Shown piece by piece: positions 14,266 through 26,128 of a DNA stretch of 64,000 bases (the first letter of the stretch is position 1; every line of letters starts with the position of its first letter). The stretch is from Octopus sinensis. Lineage: Eukaryota. The notes under the pieces were generated by a model that saw nothing but the letters and a program-made list of their open reading frames with translations, made no database searches and was not told where the DNA came from. A program made the translations under genes and the position numbers. The stretch lies in assembly GCF_006345805.1 (NCBI RefSeq), contig NC_043008.1:28582001-28646000 (forward strand), read 5' to 3'.

Positions 14266-14320
<55 letters not shown>
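14137..14320. repeat. (CCTA)n-(TACA)n-(TA)n microsatellite
   Basis: Directly visible. Confidence 0.95.
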
Positions 14321-14321
<1 letters not shown>

Positions 14322-14691
14322 ACGGCAGTTTGTCTGTGCGTGTTTCTGTGTGTCTGTTTGCTTGTACCCTCACCCTGACCACATCTTTCAACCGATTCTG
14401 ATGAAACTTGACACACACATAGCCCAATGTCATAATTCAAAACTAACGCAGCGAAAATTTTGAAAAGTTCCCCCAGTTCTGAAAAAAATCGATAAATTCG
14501 ACATGGGGTCGAGAATCAGAAACACGAACCACAAACTGTCTAGGGGACGCAACTCCACCTTTTTTAAATCTCAAAATAAAATTTACCATCATTTTTTTCC
14601 ATTTTTTTGCTATTTTTTGGCTATAACTCTCTAAAAATGCTTTATAGTTATTTCCCTTACAAACCTGAGCAACGCCGGGCGATACTGCTAG
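14311..14691 (+). mobile_element. Non-autonomous Helitron
   Basis: 3' hairpin cctgagcaacgccggg, then CTAG (14688-14691) followed by T. The 5' end merges with (TA)n. The 3' end resembles that of the helicase-bearing element at 17972. Confidence 0.75.
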
Positions 14692-14695
14692 TATA

Positions 14696-14728
<33 letters not shown>

Positions 14729-14742
14729 GTATGTATAGGAAC

Positions 14743-14951
14743 AGGAGTGGGTATGTGGTAAGTAGGTTACTTACCAAACACATAGTTCTGGGTTCAGTCC
14801 CACTACATGGAACCTTTGACAAGTATCTTCTATTATAGCCTTGACAACCAATGCTGGTGCGTTTATATCCCTGCAACTTAGCAGTTCGGCAAAAGAGACC
14901 GATAGAAGAAATACTAGGTTTACAAAGATTAAGTCCTGGGGTCGATTTGTT
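14743..14951 (+). mobile_element. tRNA-derived SINE (octopus OK-like), internally deleted
   Basis: Head ggagtgggtatgtggtaag..gggttcagtccc joined directly to body ttgacaaccaatgctggtg..ggcaaaagagaccgatag; same family as 24745-25166. Confidence 0.8.
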
Positions 14952-15479
14952 ATTTTCAAAGTATCTCCGTATCAAAAATTGTATGTGTATCTTCTAGCCT
15001 TCATCTATATATTTAATTATATCTTACTTTAACATTATAAATGTGATAGGTTACAATGTGACCCTTATTTTATTATCTGCACTTATCTCCCACCCCTAAT
15101 TTCTAATACTTATTCCTTTAGCTTTCTCTTTACATTCCCTTGTAAGATGACAATCAAAATAAGCATTATCAGCTCTTCTTATCCTCCTTTCTTCCAACTA
15201 TCACCCCTCCACCATCAGGCATTCCCTCCTTCTTTTACCACACCAAACCTTACCCTTTGGTGTAAATAAAGCCGAATATAAGGTTCCAATACTTAGATAT
15301 TCTAGCAGATTGTCATCATATTAATTCATTTATCATCTTTGACTGGAATACAGCTACAACCCCCAAAAGATTTAATTTTTGATGATTGAAGACTACATTC
15401 ACACTATTGACTTCGAAATGTAGATAAAAAGGTCACTACAATCAATAATTCCTCTCCCCCACTATAACTTCCACTAAAC

Positions 15480-17075
15480 TCCAGGACAAGACAACATCCC
15501 GTTTGTGGTTTTCAATCACTGAGCTTCTGAGCTGAGAAATCATCTGATACTCCTTATCTTCAAGATCTGGGAAAGCAAGACCCAACCACCACCGAACGAC
15601 TTCAGCGATGCAACTATCATCACCATCTACAAGAAGTGAGATCGAGAGGATTGCAACAAATATCGGGGCATTTCATTCTTGAGCATTGCTAGAAAGATTT
15701 TCGCCTGCTCATCCGCGCGGAAGACGTTTTCCTTAAGTCCGAGTGTGGCTTTCGACTCTTTCCGGGAACAATCGACAGTTTCTTTTAGGCTCGCCAACCT
15801 CAGGAGATGTCTCAAGAACCACAATAGACTTCAATGTTAATCTTCTAGGATCTAATCAAATTCTTTGATAACGGCCGTAATTGCTCGGTTTGTATGTACA
15901 GAGGACTCCATTGCCCTGGTCCGCTCTATTCATGCCTGCATGGTGGGTATGGTATGCCATCGAAATGTCCTCACAAATCCGTTTCCCATCACTGGAGAGC
16001 TTAAGGAAGGATGCCTCCTGGCACCAACCTGTTACATGTCGTACATGGCTGTCATGCTCAACGAAATCCCGATGGACTCGCCTTCCATCAATATGCGCTA
16101 TCACTTGGTTGGTGGACTCTTCAGTCTCGCACATCTCTGCACAAAGACGTGGGTCTTCGGCATCTCAGTTCGTGAGATGCAGTATGCAGACGACAATATC
16201 ACGCTAGACTTGACCGTAGATGGCTTACAAAGAAAGGTTGATCTTTACAACGCAGCTAATGAAAGCTTTGCGATGCAGGTAAGCATATCAAAGACCAAGC
16301 CCCTGATCCAACCTGCACCAGACCAGAAGAGTTCACCCATTAACATTAGCTTCAATGGCCAACCTCTAGAAGAAGTTGAGCACTTCTCATACCTCGGGAG
16401 TATCCTTCCGAAAACCTCACGTGTGAAAAGGACGTAGTGAACCGAATCCGGGCAGCCCACTCCACATTCAGTAAACTCAGCCAACTTGTATTCTTCAAAC
16501 ACTCGCTGACCATCCTGACGAATATCATGGTCTTCTGTTTCATTGCCCTGTCAATTCTTCTCTATGCTTGCGAGACTTGGACGCAATACTGCCGTGACTT
16601 CAAGCCTCTCGAATGCTTCCAGCAATCAAAGCTAGAAAACATCTTCAATATTCGATGGGAAGATTACATTTCCAACAACGAGGTTCTTCAACGTGCCCTA
16701 CTACCAAGCGTCGAAACCACCATCCTTCATCATTGTCTCAGCTAGGCAGGTCATATACAGTGAATGAAGCCCTCTCTTGTCCCGAGGATCATGCTCTACG
16801 GAAAACTTTAATCGTAGCAAAACACAGAGGAGGCCCGAAATTCCGTTTGAAAGACAAGATCAAGCGGACCCTGGCTCAAACGAACACCCAGTCATCTTTA
16901 TGGGCACAGATAGCCATGGCTAGGGCAGCCTAGAAGACTGCCATCCGCAATGGAGCCCGATCCTTCGATGAGATCAGGCAACAGAATGAAGAGGTAAAAA
17001 ACAGAAGTAAGGAGAATCTTCAACATCCTCAGCTAGCACCGATCATCCTGTGCGAATTCTACCCATGAATTCTTC
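15480..17075 (+). mobile_element. Degenerate RTE/BovB-type LINE (RT domain and C-terminus)
   Basis: DATIITIYKK*DREDCNKYRGISFLSIARKIF, ECGFR, GELKEGCLLAPT, REMQYADD, LEEVEHFSYLGS, ILLYACETW; CT-rich tail after about 17070. Confidence 0.9.
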
Positions 17076-17439
17076 CCCACCAACCCGAAATCTGAAGTTA
17101 GATTTTCGTTTCGTCTTGCAACCTTTTGAATAGTTGCACTCTCTCTCTCTCTTCCTTTATCTGATTCTTTTTTCTCCCTTTCACCATTTTCTATCTGTCA
17201 TTCTCTCTCACTCTCCCTCTTCCTCATTTACTCACTCGTTTCTCACACGTGACCATCATCCATCTTTTTTCCAAACGTGTTCATCTTTCTTTTCTTCCGT
17301 TCTGTAGCACGGACCAGACGTATTCTTGTCTGTCTCCTCTACTATCCTTTCTCCCGTCTCAGAATGTTCCTCAGCGTTCATCAACTTAGCCCGTCTAGCT
17401 TAGCAAGCATCACTACTTGTTTCACTGTAACTGTTTTTG

Positions 17440-17670
17440 TTACTAAATTTGACCCTCCGCAAAATACCAAAATATTTTCTTTTACGGAGCAACTATTTTC
17501 TCGGAGGCACATATTGTCGTGGGCGAATTGCTTGAAATGTGGAGTATATAAACAGCCGACAACTGAAGAAGTGTACTTCTTTATGTTATTTGTCTTGTTT
17601 TCCATTTGTTTCTTTGTTCGCCATAAAATATTTGTCTGCGTATTTCATGTTGTTTATGTTTTGTGACGTC
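17440..17670 (+). mobile_element. PLE pLTR-like fragment related to the 3' region of the 8575-10370 element
   Basis: Shares gacaactgaagaag..ttctttatgtt..tgtc and the T/G-rich downstream tract with 10121-10260. Confidence 0.5.
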
Positions 17671-17680
17671 TTCAAGCCAT

Positions 17681-17821
17681 ATTCTTTCTTTATTCTTTTA
17701 CTTGTTTCAGTCATTTGACTGCGGCCATGCTGGAGCACCGCCTTTAGTCGAGCAAATCGACCCCGGGACTTATTCTTTGTAAGCCCAGTACTTATTCTAT
17801 CGCTCTCTTTTGCCGAACCGC

Positions 17822-17823
<2 letters not shown>
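17681..17823 (-). mobile_element. OK-like SINE, 3' portion
   Basis: Near-identical to 24765-24890 (cggccatgctggagcaccgcctttagtcgagcaaatcgaccccggg). Confidence 0.9.
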
Positions 17824-17857
<34 letters not shown>

Positions 17858-17971
17858 ACATATATATTTTATTCATATTATTATATGACTGAACGATAAG
17901 TTTATTTTATATATATATATATATAGGTGTGTGTATATATATATATATATACATACATATATATATATATA

Positions 17972-19965
17972 CTAGCAGAATTGCCCGGCGATGCTCGGGG
18001 CTGAATTGCTTGAAAGTACTGTTAATGATTGCACTGAATTATGATGATTATTCAGGCAAATATTGATATAAGTTTACGGTGAGAGATAAGGAATTAACGA
18101 TCAAGCGTGTGCCATTGCATTGTTTTGGGGGAACCAAATTTCTAATGAGCATCATAGGGGCACCAACTTTAAGTTTGAGAATATGTGGTGGTAGTCCGGG
18201 GGGCTCAAAGGAATTAAGTACCTCTATTGGATAGTTGATGACGTCCTCTGGGTCAGGAGTTGTATCGATAGACTTATATACATAGACATCCCCAGGAATT
18301 AGTTTTAGCATTTCATCATTTACATGGTGAACAGTTTTATTCCTCGGGGCCAGAATAGCCCTTTGGCCAATCCAATCCATATTCTGATAATTAGCTTGTA
18401 GATCTGAGAACACTGCATCTCTGAAAACAGAAGGCGTTTTTAAATGGTACAAATGGAATCGATGGCAATATTACCATTTTCATCCCCTGGTATTTTGCCT
18501 TCGCCAAGTGCAAGGAGGGTGTGAGAAAATGCTGCGGATGTGATATTACATCGCATATGAGTACGCATATTGGTGTGAAGTTTGAGAGTCTTCACCAGTG
18601 GCCACAATGTGGATGACTTAAAACACGCACTTACTGCATCAGCTCTAGTCCCTTTGGGAATAACGGGAAGTGTTTGTCAGAAGTCCCCTGAAAGAAGAAA
18701 TGTTATGCCTCCCATGGGAGCTGAAGAGTGTTTGATTTCTCTGAGAGATCTATCTAGTGCCTCAAGAGCACCTCTGTGGGCTATCGTGCATTCATCCCAA
18801 ACGATAAGCTTGCATCGTCTGAAGACTTCTGCCTGATCGGAGCTGTTACTGATGTTGCAAGTTGGTGTCTCAGTCTTCGCTAAGTCAAGCGGAAGCTTGA
18901 AAGTGGAGTGACCTGTCCTGTCGCCTGGCAACAAAGTAGCCGCAATTCCAGATGATGCCACAGCTAGGGCAAACATCTTGTGTTCGCCTACTCTCAGCCA
19001 ATATTAATTTGTTGACAAAAGTTTTCCCAGTGCCCCCAGGAGCGTCCAGGAAAAAATCCTCTCAGTTTTGGCCCGGCCTGAATTAACAACGGAGTTGTAA
19101 GCGAACTTCTGTTCTGGAAGGAAATTTGGCTCATTGTCGGCTATGTTGCAACTTCGATCAATTGGATCTTGTATAGAAGTGTACGGTTGCAGCGAAATTC
19201 AGTTTTGGACTTTCTTCTATCGAAGGCATTTTAACAAAAATGCTTCCGTAAAGACGGTGAAAATATTGTCAGTTTCCTCAAACAGGGACACAATTCAATT
19301 TTAAAACAATAACCAAAACCCCTTCTCCGAAAGGGGGAGGGTTACGATTTACAATTATTTAACAAATGCAACACAACAACGGTTCCCTGACGAGGAACCA
19401 ACAAACGTGATTACAATAGTCAAACAGTAATAATAATAACAACAAACCATTTTAATATATCCCCATTTATGTGAAACCACTTATTCAAGTTCAAGTCATT
19501 GATGCAATTTTATACGAATTGCTAATACACACACACACATAATAAGGGTGAAAAATTGAATAGTAATTTGATTAATATGAATTGAAAACTAGTGGTGTAG
19601 CATATAAAACTACAGCGGATCTTCTTCTAGCAAAAAGGATGACCAGTATTAATTGCTCATCCCTTTTATATGAATACTTTCACTTTAATTGTTGCACACT
19701 TGCAAAGAGAAAGGAGGAGAAAGTGTAGTGGTAATGGTAGGAGTGAAGCACTTGATATGAAAGAGGGAAATGGTAAAATATTTACTTTTCTCGAATTTTT
19801 GCTTACTTGGGAGTGAAATTGAAAAAACTTTACATGCCACGACCCGATGGAATCTACTTGTAAAAATGATAGGTAAATTCCAATTGAAGAAATTCTATAT
19901 TGTAGAATTGTATAAAAAACAAACGGTTTGGGAGGCAGATAATATCTGCCTTTTATCATAAGAGA
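17972..19965 (-). mobile_element. Internally deleted Helitron retaining PIF1-helicase fragments
   Basis: LDAPGGTGK-type Walker A, ALAVASSGIAATLL..T.HSTFKLP, LIVWDEC, LLSGDF, RAILAPRN, GLPPHILKLKVGAPMMLIRNL..CNGTRL. 3' hairpin cccgagcatcgccggg plus CTAG at 17972-17975. Putative 5' TC at about 19965. Confidence 0.9.
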
Positions 19966-20007
19966 TATATATACATATATATGAATATATATGTGTGTAT
20001 ATGTTTT

Positions 20008-20176
20008 TGTGTCTGTGTTTGTCACCCCAGACAACCGATGCTTTGTGCTTACGTCCCCGTAATTTAGCGGTTCGGCAAAAGAGACCGATAGAATAAGTAC
20101 TAGGCTTACAAGGAATCAGTTCTGGGGTTGATTTGCTCGACTAAAAGCGGTCCTCCAGCATGAAACAAGTAAAAAA
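20008..20176 (+). mobile_element. OK-like SINE, 3' portion
   Basis: gacaaccgatgc..cggttcggcaaaagagaccgatagaataagtact..gatttgctcgactaa. Confidence 0.88.
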
Positions 20177-20229
20177 TATTTATTTATATACCTCTATATA
20201 TATGCATATATATATATATATATATATAA

Positions 20230-22610
20230 CCAAGGAAAAAAGCAACAAGAATGGATTAGTAGTTTAGCACAATTGTTTCGTATTAAGAACATTTTATTTA
20301 AAGCTGCAAATATTGCAGCAAATACAATGTCCAGTTTTCATCAGCTAAATCACATATATGTTTTCCAGACATCCTAGAGAATGTAACTATCCATTATGAA
20401 GAATTAAGAGTTCTATGAATTTGAAGCCAGATAATAAGGAAACTTAAAATGTTACCTAATAATGCACAGTTTTTTTAAAAAAGGTTTTAAAATGATTGTT
20501 AACTTCTCATAGAAGGTAAATCCATCCATAAAGATGCAGATATAAATATAAATTCCAGGAGACATAAGGAAAGCTGTTGGTCACACACCGGTTCATTTCA
20601 CATCTAAACTGTTGCAGACAGAATTTGGTTGTAGTTGCAAGAAGGACCGCGACGTAGCTTCAGCCAAAATAAAGGACATTATGGGAGGAAGGGAGTGAAG
20701 GAGTAAGAGGGAATAGATATACCACAGACAAAGGCTAGTTTATTTCTGTGGTGACAGAATATCTAGGTCAGTGTTGAAGGAATCTTAAATTCATAAAAGA
20801 ACACTAAGTTTGCCTACAGTCAGCTCTGAACTGAGAAACTCACAGAGATAATGGTAGGATAAAGAATACAGAGAGATCAAACGAAAACATTACAGGGGTC
20901 ATAGGTTATCAGTAGAGGAAGATACAGTAAGAAAGTTATGGATAACACTAGAATACAAGGTTTATTTATTTATTATTGTTTCTATTTTAACTTAAGTTTA
21001 TATATTGTAAGAAAGAATTTAGGTCAACATCTAGAGGTCAAATAAATTCAATAGTAAATGGTGGGGGAATTTTACTTATTCAAAATATATAATGAAAATT
21101 ACATGTATCATTAAGGGAATAGTATTATCTATTAAATTTAGAATAGAATTAGGAAATATTAGCAATTTATATTATTTAAGTAAGATTAATTAAATTGACT
21201 ATAAAGTCAATTAAAAGTTAGCATAGTACAAATACTATTTATTTTTATATTAAAAAGGTACAGTTAGAAAGAAAGAACACCAGTAGAAGAGCCTACAGAT
21301 TTCTATTTAAAATATTTTAGAGTTTTAATTTTTGAGTGAATACAAGTCTTACCTAACTCTATACAGTTATTCAATAGTGTTTTATTTTTTCTATGCTTTA
21401 GAATCTCACATGTCTCCATGGAGCGGAGTTGGCAACCTACCCAATTATTTCTAACTATTTCTAACTATTTCCCATTTTAGGTTATATTTAATATTATTAG
21501 TTTTGAGTTCCCAGATCTTACTGGAAAGTGTGGTGCAACCAGCTTTATGATGTAACTTAAAAGAGGAGAGATGATTGCTAATTCTTTGCTTAAAATTTAT
21601 AGTACAACCCAGATAAAAAAATTAACTATTCGCAGTATAGTAGATTTATAGATTACATTATGGACCCAACACCGACCAGATACCGGACATTTTGACTTAA
21701 TCCTACAATTTCAACTACGGGGATGATTTTCAGATATAGAATTAATTAAGGATAGATCTCTCACATTGCTGCTATTCAAATTATTACGAGTATTATTTTC
21801 GTTATTATAGATAATATTGTTATCTGAAGTTGGGTTACCATTTATCGATCCGTTTACACTATCATTTAGATCTACCATAGCCATATCACAATTACCAACA
21901 TTGTTGGTATTGCTATTATTATTGTTTGTATTTCTATCCGAATGCTTATTACTGCTATAGATATAATTGTTATCTTCCCGATATTATTTCTATTTGTATT
22001 GCTCATATTATTAACATTATTATTGTTCCTATTAATATTAGTAATTTCATTGCTGTTGATGCTACACTTATTTTGATAATTATTATTATTGATGTTATTA
22101 TTTTAATTTTTTTAATGATACTATTATTACAATTATTATTGGTGTTCATGTTGATATTAGTCTTATTACTCCTGGATGATTTAATGTTTTTATTATTAAT
22201 TCTAACTATTATAGTAGACATATTTGGGAGAGTTGAGTAAGAAATCCTAACCGTTCTCTTCGAAATTATTCTATGATATTTATGAGAGGCTGGGAAGTTT
22301 TTTTGTAGTATTGATTTGACTCTACCGTATATATCCGATAAGATCGCGCAATTGAAAGGCACATTCAACCAGATTATATTTTCTTTATTATATTTTCTTA
22401 AATGAATATAATTTCTTAAATTAGCACTAGAAAGAGCCTGGTTGTAGTGGTGTGCGTAATTATTGAATATAACTCTGTTGGAGGATAGCTTAGTGAGTCT
22501 GTCTCAGATGGCTTGGACCGTGGTGTTAATTATACAGGGTGGGTGGTTGGAAGAGGTGTGGATGTATCTAGTTGTTTATTCGGGTTTCCTATACGGGTAG
22601 TGAAGGTGCC
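20230..22610 (-). mobile_element. Degenerate 5'-truncated PLE (same type as 32503-35342) with 3' region
   Basis: HLHYPYRKPE*TTRYIHTSSNHPPCII..YNQALS..IIWLNVPFN..KNFPASHKYHRIISKRTVRISYSTLPNM; CPVSGRCWVHNVIYKSTI; ETCEILKH..LLN..ELGKTCIH. Collinear with the 34203-35342 ORF, with an AAT-rich expansion in the linker. Confidence 0.85.
20263..20349 (-). ncRNA. Type I hammerhead, probably inactivated (GUG triplet)
   Basis: tttag CTGATGA [long branched stem II] GAAA c-aatt-g TG ctaaa. Core intact and ACAAUUGU palindrome present, but position 17 is G and the stem II base is weak. Confidence 0.75.
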
Positions 22611-23172
22611 CGCTTCCCACCATTTCACTTATGACTACTCCGTAATTTCCCCTCCTCCCTGCCTCAGTTCCCATCCCCGCCCCTCGGTGGTCACCTTTAA
22701 CACACACCTGTAACATTTTTACCTTCTTTTCATGTTAATCTTTACGCGATTACCTTTATGTTTTATTTTATTTTATTTTTTATTTCTAATTTTTAATTTT
22801 ATCCTTATTTTTACTTCTATTATTACCCATATTTTATCACTTTCTCTATGTACGTCTATTTTTAGTTCTTTTTCCTTATATGCTTATCTATGTATCTGTA
22901 TGTATATGTATATATGTGTGTGCGTATGACTATGTAGGTGTGTTTATATTTATATGTGTATGTCTTTTTTATATTTTTTATATTTTTAAATATATTATTT
23001 TTTATATATATCTATATATATATATAAGTGTGTGTGTCTGTGTATGTATATGTATGTGTATACGCATATATAGACACACAGATATATGTGTGTGCGTGTG
23101 GATGTGTGTGTGTGGGTCCATGTGTATGTATATATGCGTGTATGTATATATGTGTGTGTATGTTTATATGTA

Positions 23173-23221
<49 letters not shown>

Positions 23222-24460
23222 ATGTATATATATGTGTGTGTATATATATTCTGTTATACTTTCTTACCCTCAAGTTTCTTACTTTCATGTCTACCTTTTG
23301 TACCCACTATAATTCCGTATCTTGCCTGTGTGCGAGAATTGATGTACTTGTTATACCTGTGTCTGTGCATATGCATATTTTTGTGTATATGCATAGGGAT
23401 CTACTCCCCCATGTGTGTGGGTGTGGGCGTGAGTGTGGGTGTATGCATATTTTTGCCCATATGCATAGAGATTCACTTCGTCTTGTGAATGAGTGTCAGT
23501 GCGAATGTGCCTGTATGTACGCATATGCGTGTGTGTATATACGTACGTATGCGCGTCAGTCCGTGAACCCAACTACATGCGCCTTTTCCCGTATGTATCT
23601 GTATATTTTTACACGAGAGTACGTATGTATGCTTGTATGCGTGTGGTTGTGTATGCGTGCGTATTTGTACGCATGTATATGTGTATATGTATCCATACGT
23701 GTACGTATGTACATGTTGACCACAGACAATTTACGAGGAAATAGATAAGCGGTTTAACCACAAACCAGACAATCCTAATCTACAATATACTGGGTCCCCA
23801 GAAGTCCCAGTTGATTTATGACACCCACTGCTTAGGCACCTACAACCAGAATATATCATCTTCCTGACCACCATGTTAGTCCGTAACCACTTCATATCCC
23901 TTATCCTTATTTTCTTTTATATTTTTATATTCTTATATCCTTTTATATTTTTGATAATTTTTTATATTTTTTATATCTTTATATTCATTAATACTTTTTT
24001 TTTATATTTCTTTATATTTTTATATTTTATATTTCTATATTTATAGTTTTTATCTTTTATATTTTTATATTTTTATATTTTCATATTTTTTTATCTTTCG
24101 TCCTTAATTCTGGCCCCTCTATCTTTATCCCTATTTACTCTTATTACCATGTTCCTTCACGTCTGTGTGTATTTATATATTTATTTACTCATTTATTTAT
24201 ATTACCTCAACATCCAAACTTCCTCATTCTACATTGAGAGAAAGACGGGATGGACGCTTGATTTTTGTTCCGGTACCGCATTATGTCGTACGCGACTGAG
24301 AGGATTTGTATCCCCAACGTTGAATTTTTGATGTAATACATGTCCTTGAAGTAGTAATTGTGCGCGGCTGAAGAAGGCCATAGACACACATTATGCATTG
24401 TTATAAATCCGTCCAATAAAGGCCCGAAACATATGTACCGCTGAATCCTTGGCATCATGA
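22610..24460 (+). mobile_element. PLE-type 3' UTR/pLTR without ORF
   Basis: C-rich start, T-rich and GT/AT degenerate-repeat body resembling the 3' region of the 34 kb PLE, ending in a hammerhead. Confidence 0.5.
24364..24441 (+). ncRNA. Type I hammerhead ribozyme, canonical core
   Basis: gcgg CTGAAGA a ggcc..ggcc c GAAA c-atat-g TA ccgc; ACAUAUGU palindrome; GUA triplet. Confidence 0.82.
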
Positions 24461-24557
24461 TTTTTCTTTTGATTAATATATATATATATATATATGAATT
24501 TTTTGTGTAATGAAATAAAAAGCCAAGGTTGTATAGATATTAGAAAATTTAGAGATA

Positions 24558-24611
24558 GGTCTTACAGCTGTTTCTAAGATATTAATTAATAATATCCCTT
24601 CATCGGACACG
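24558..24611 (-). ncRNA. Degenerate type I hammerhead (U4C)
   Basis: gtgt CCGATGA agg-gatatta-ttaat-taatatc-tta GAAA c-agct-g TA agac; ACAGCUGU palindrome; one core and one stem I mismatch. Confidence 0.7.
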
Positions 24612-24744
24612 GTGTGAGAGGTAAAGTTAAGTCACAGCTAGTTTCGATGTGATATAAATAGAGAGTGAGGTGGAGGCAAGAAAATAGATGTAAGATATGT
24701 ATGGTTATTGAGTTTTTAAATCCGTTTTATAGGAACAATGTTAT

Positions 24745-25166
24745 ATTCTTTTATTCTTTTATTCTTTTACTTGTTTCAGTGATTTGAGTGCGGCCATGCT
24801 GGAGCACCGCCTTTAGTCGAGCAAATCGACCCCGGGACTTATTCTTTGTAAGCCCAGTACTTATTTTATCGGTCTCTTTTGCCGAACCGTTAAGTGACGG
24901 GGACATAAACACACCAGCATCGGTTGTCAAGCAATGCTAGGAGGACAAACACATACATACAAACACGCACACACACATATTTATATATACATACATATAT
25001 ACGACAGGCTTCTTTCAGTTTCCGTCAACCAAATACACTCACAAGGCATTGGTCGGCCCGGGGCTATAGCAGAAGACACTCGCCCCAGATGCCACGCAGT
25101 AGGACTGAACCCTGAACCATGTGGTTGGTTAGCAAGCTACTTACCACACAGCCACTCCTTCGCCTG
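24745..25166 (-). mobile_element. Near full-length OK-like tRNA-derived SINE
   Basis: Minus-strand head ggagtggctgtgtggtaagtagcttgc..ggttcagggttcagtcc (A/B-box-like), central microsatellite, (AAAAGAAT)n-type tail. Confidence 0.92.
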
Positions 25167-26077
25167 TATATGTGTATTATTCCAATATCCTTTGAGTAAA
25201 ATTGAAAAGTCCAACAGAGTTTACTGTGAGTCCATCCAAATGTAAAGTTTATAAGCAATGTAAGATTCTCTTTAAGTTGGTCCTTCCCAGTAGGGAATTT
25301 ATATAGAGTGTAGCATATTCGAGGTTTGTATTTAAACTGACCTAGAAATAGGAGTGTATAAGTTTGGTCAAATTGAAAACAGGAAGTGAGGAATGATAAA
25401 AAAAAAATAAATAAAAAGAGATAGGAGGAGAGAAAGATAGAATTAAAGAGAAAGAAGTGGATTAATAAAAATAAAAATAAAGAATAAAACCCCTGAAGGT
25501 ATGAATAAAGAGAATAAGGAAAAGAAAAAAGAAAAATTAAGATATAGGTTGGTCAGTGGTCAGTGGAGGTAGTTTGAAAGTAGGAAATGGGATAGAAAGA
25601 TAAAGACATTATAGTATAAATGATAGAGGAATGGGGGTGTTAAGAGGTAGAGGAAGTACTAAGTGTAGTAGTAGCTAATAATTGTGAGGCAAATATATAT
25701 GAAGAATTAAGAATTAAGGAATTAGTAGTGTTAATTATTTTGCGAAAATATTTGTGAAGATGTATATACATGTATATAAGATAAAATATAGAGAAAAGTT
25801 AAGTTACAAATACAATCCTCGTTTATCAACATTCCTACATGTGCAGTTATCTAAATTTTGTATGTGTATAAATGTTTATATATGAATATACACACACGCA
25901 CACACACGCACACACACGCACACACACACACACACATACACACATATATATATATATATTACGGAGATGTACTTGCATAGCAAGTGATTTGATCTGAGGT
26001 CGTGTGCTTGAACGAAAACAATTGCAGAGTTTGTAACACACAAAAGCCGTTCGATTCACTTCAACATTTAAGTTTAA

Positions 26078-26128
26078 TTTGTCAAAATATTTTCGTCACT
26101 ATAAGACCGCAACCTGTTCACTAACAAA
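26078..26128 (-). ncRNA. Hammerhead-like motif, G3-C8 swapped core (copy 1)
   Basis: tttgtta GTGAACA g gttgc-ggtcttata-gtgac GAAA atat TT tgacaaa; sense to the endonuclease frame and downstream of it. Confidence 0.68.

Larger units (their letters stand above)
24480..25850 (-). mobile_element. PLE-type pLTR fragment interrupted by a SINE
   Basis: Pyrimidine-rich minus strand ending in the 24558-24611 hammerhead; boundaries approximate. Confidence 0.45.

Noticed and set aside
14392-14425. CTGATGA motif
   Set aside because: Inside the Helitron body; no stems or GAAA half.
19381-19400. CTGACGA motif
   Set aside because: Simply the loop of a ggttcc/ggaacc hairpin; no GAAA or stem III.
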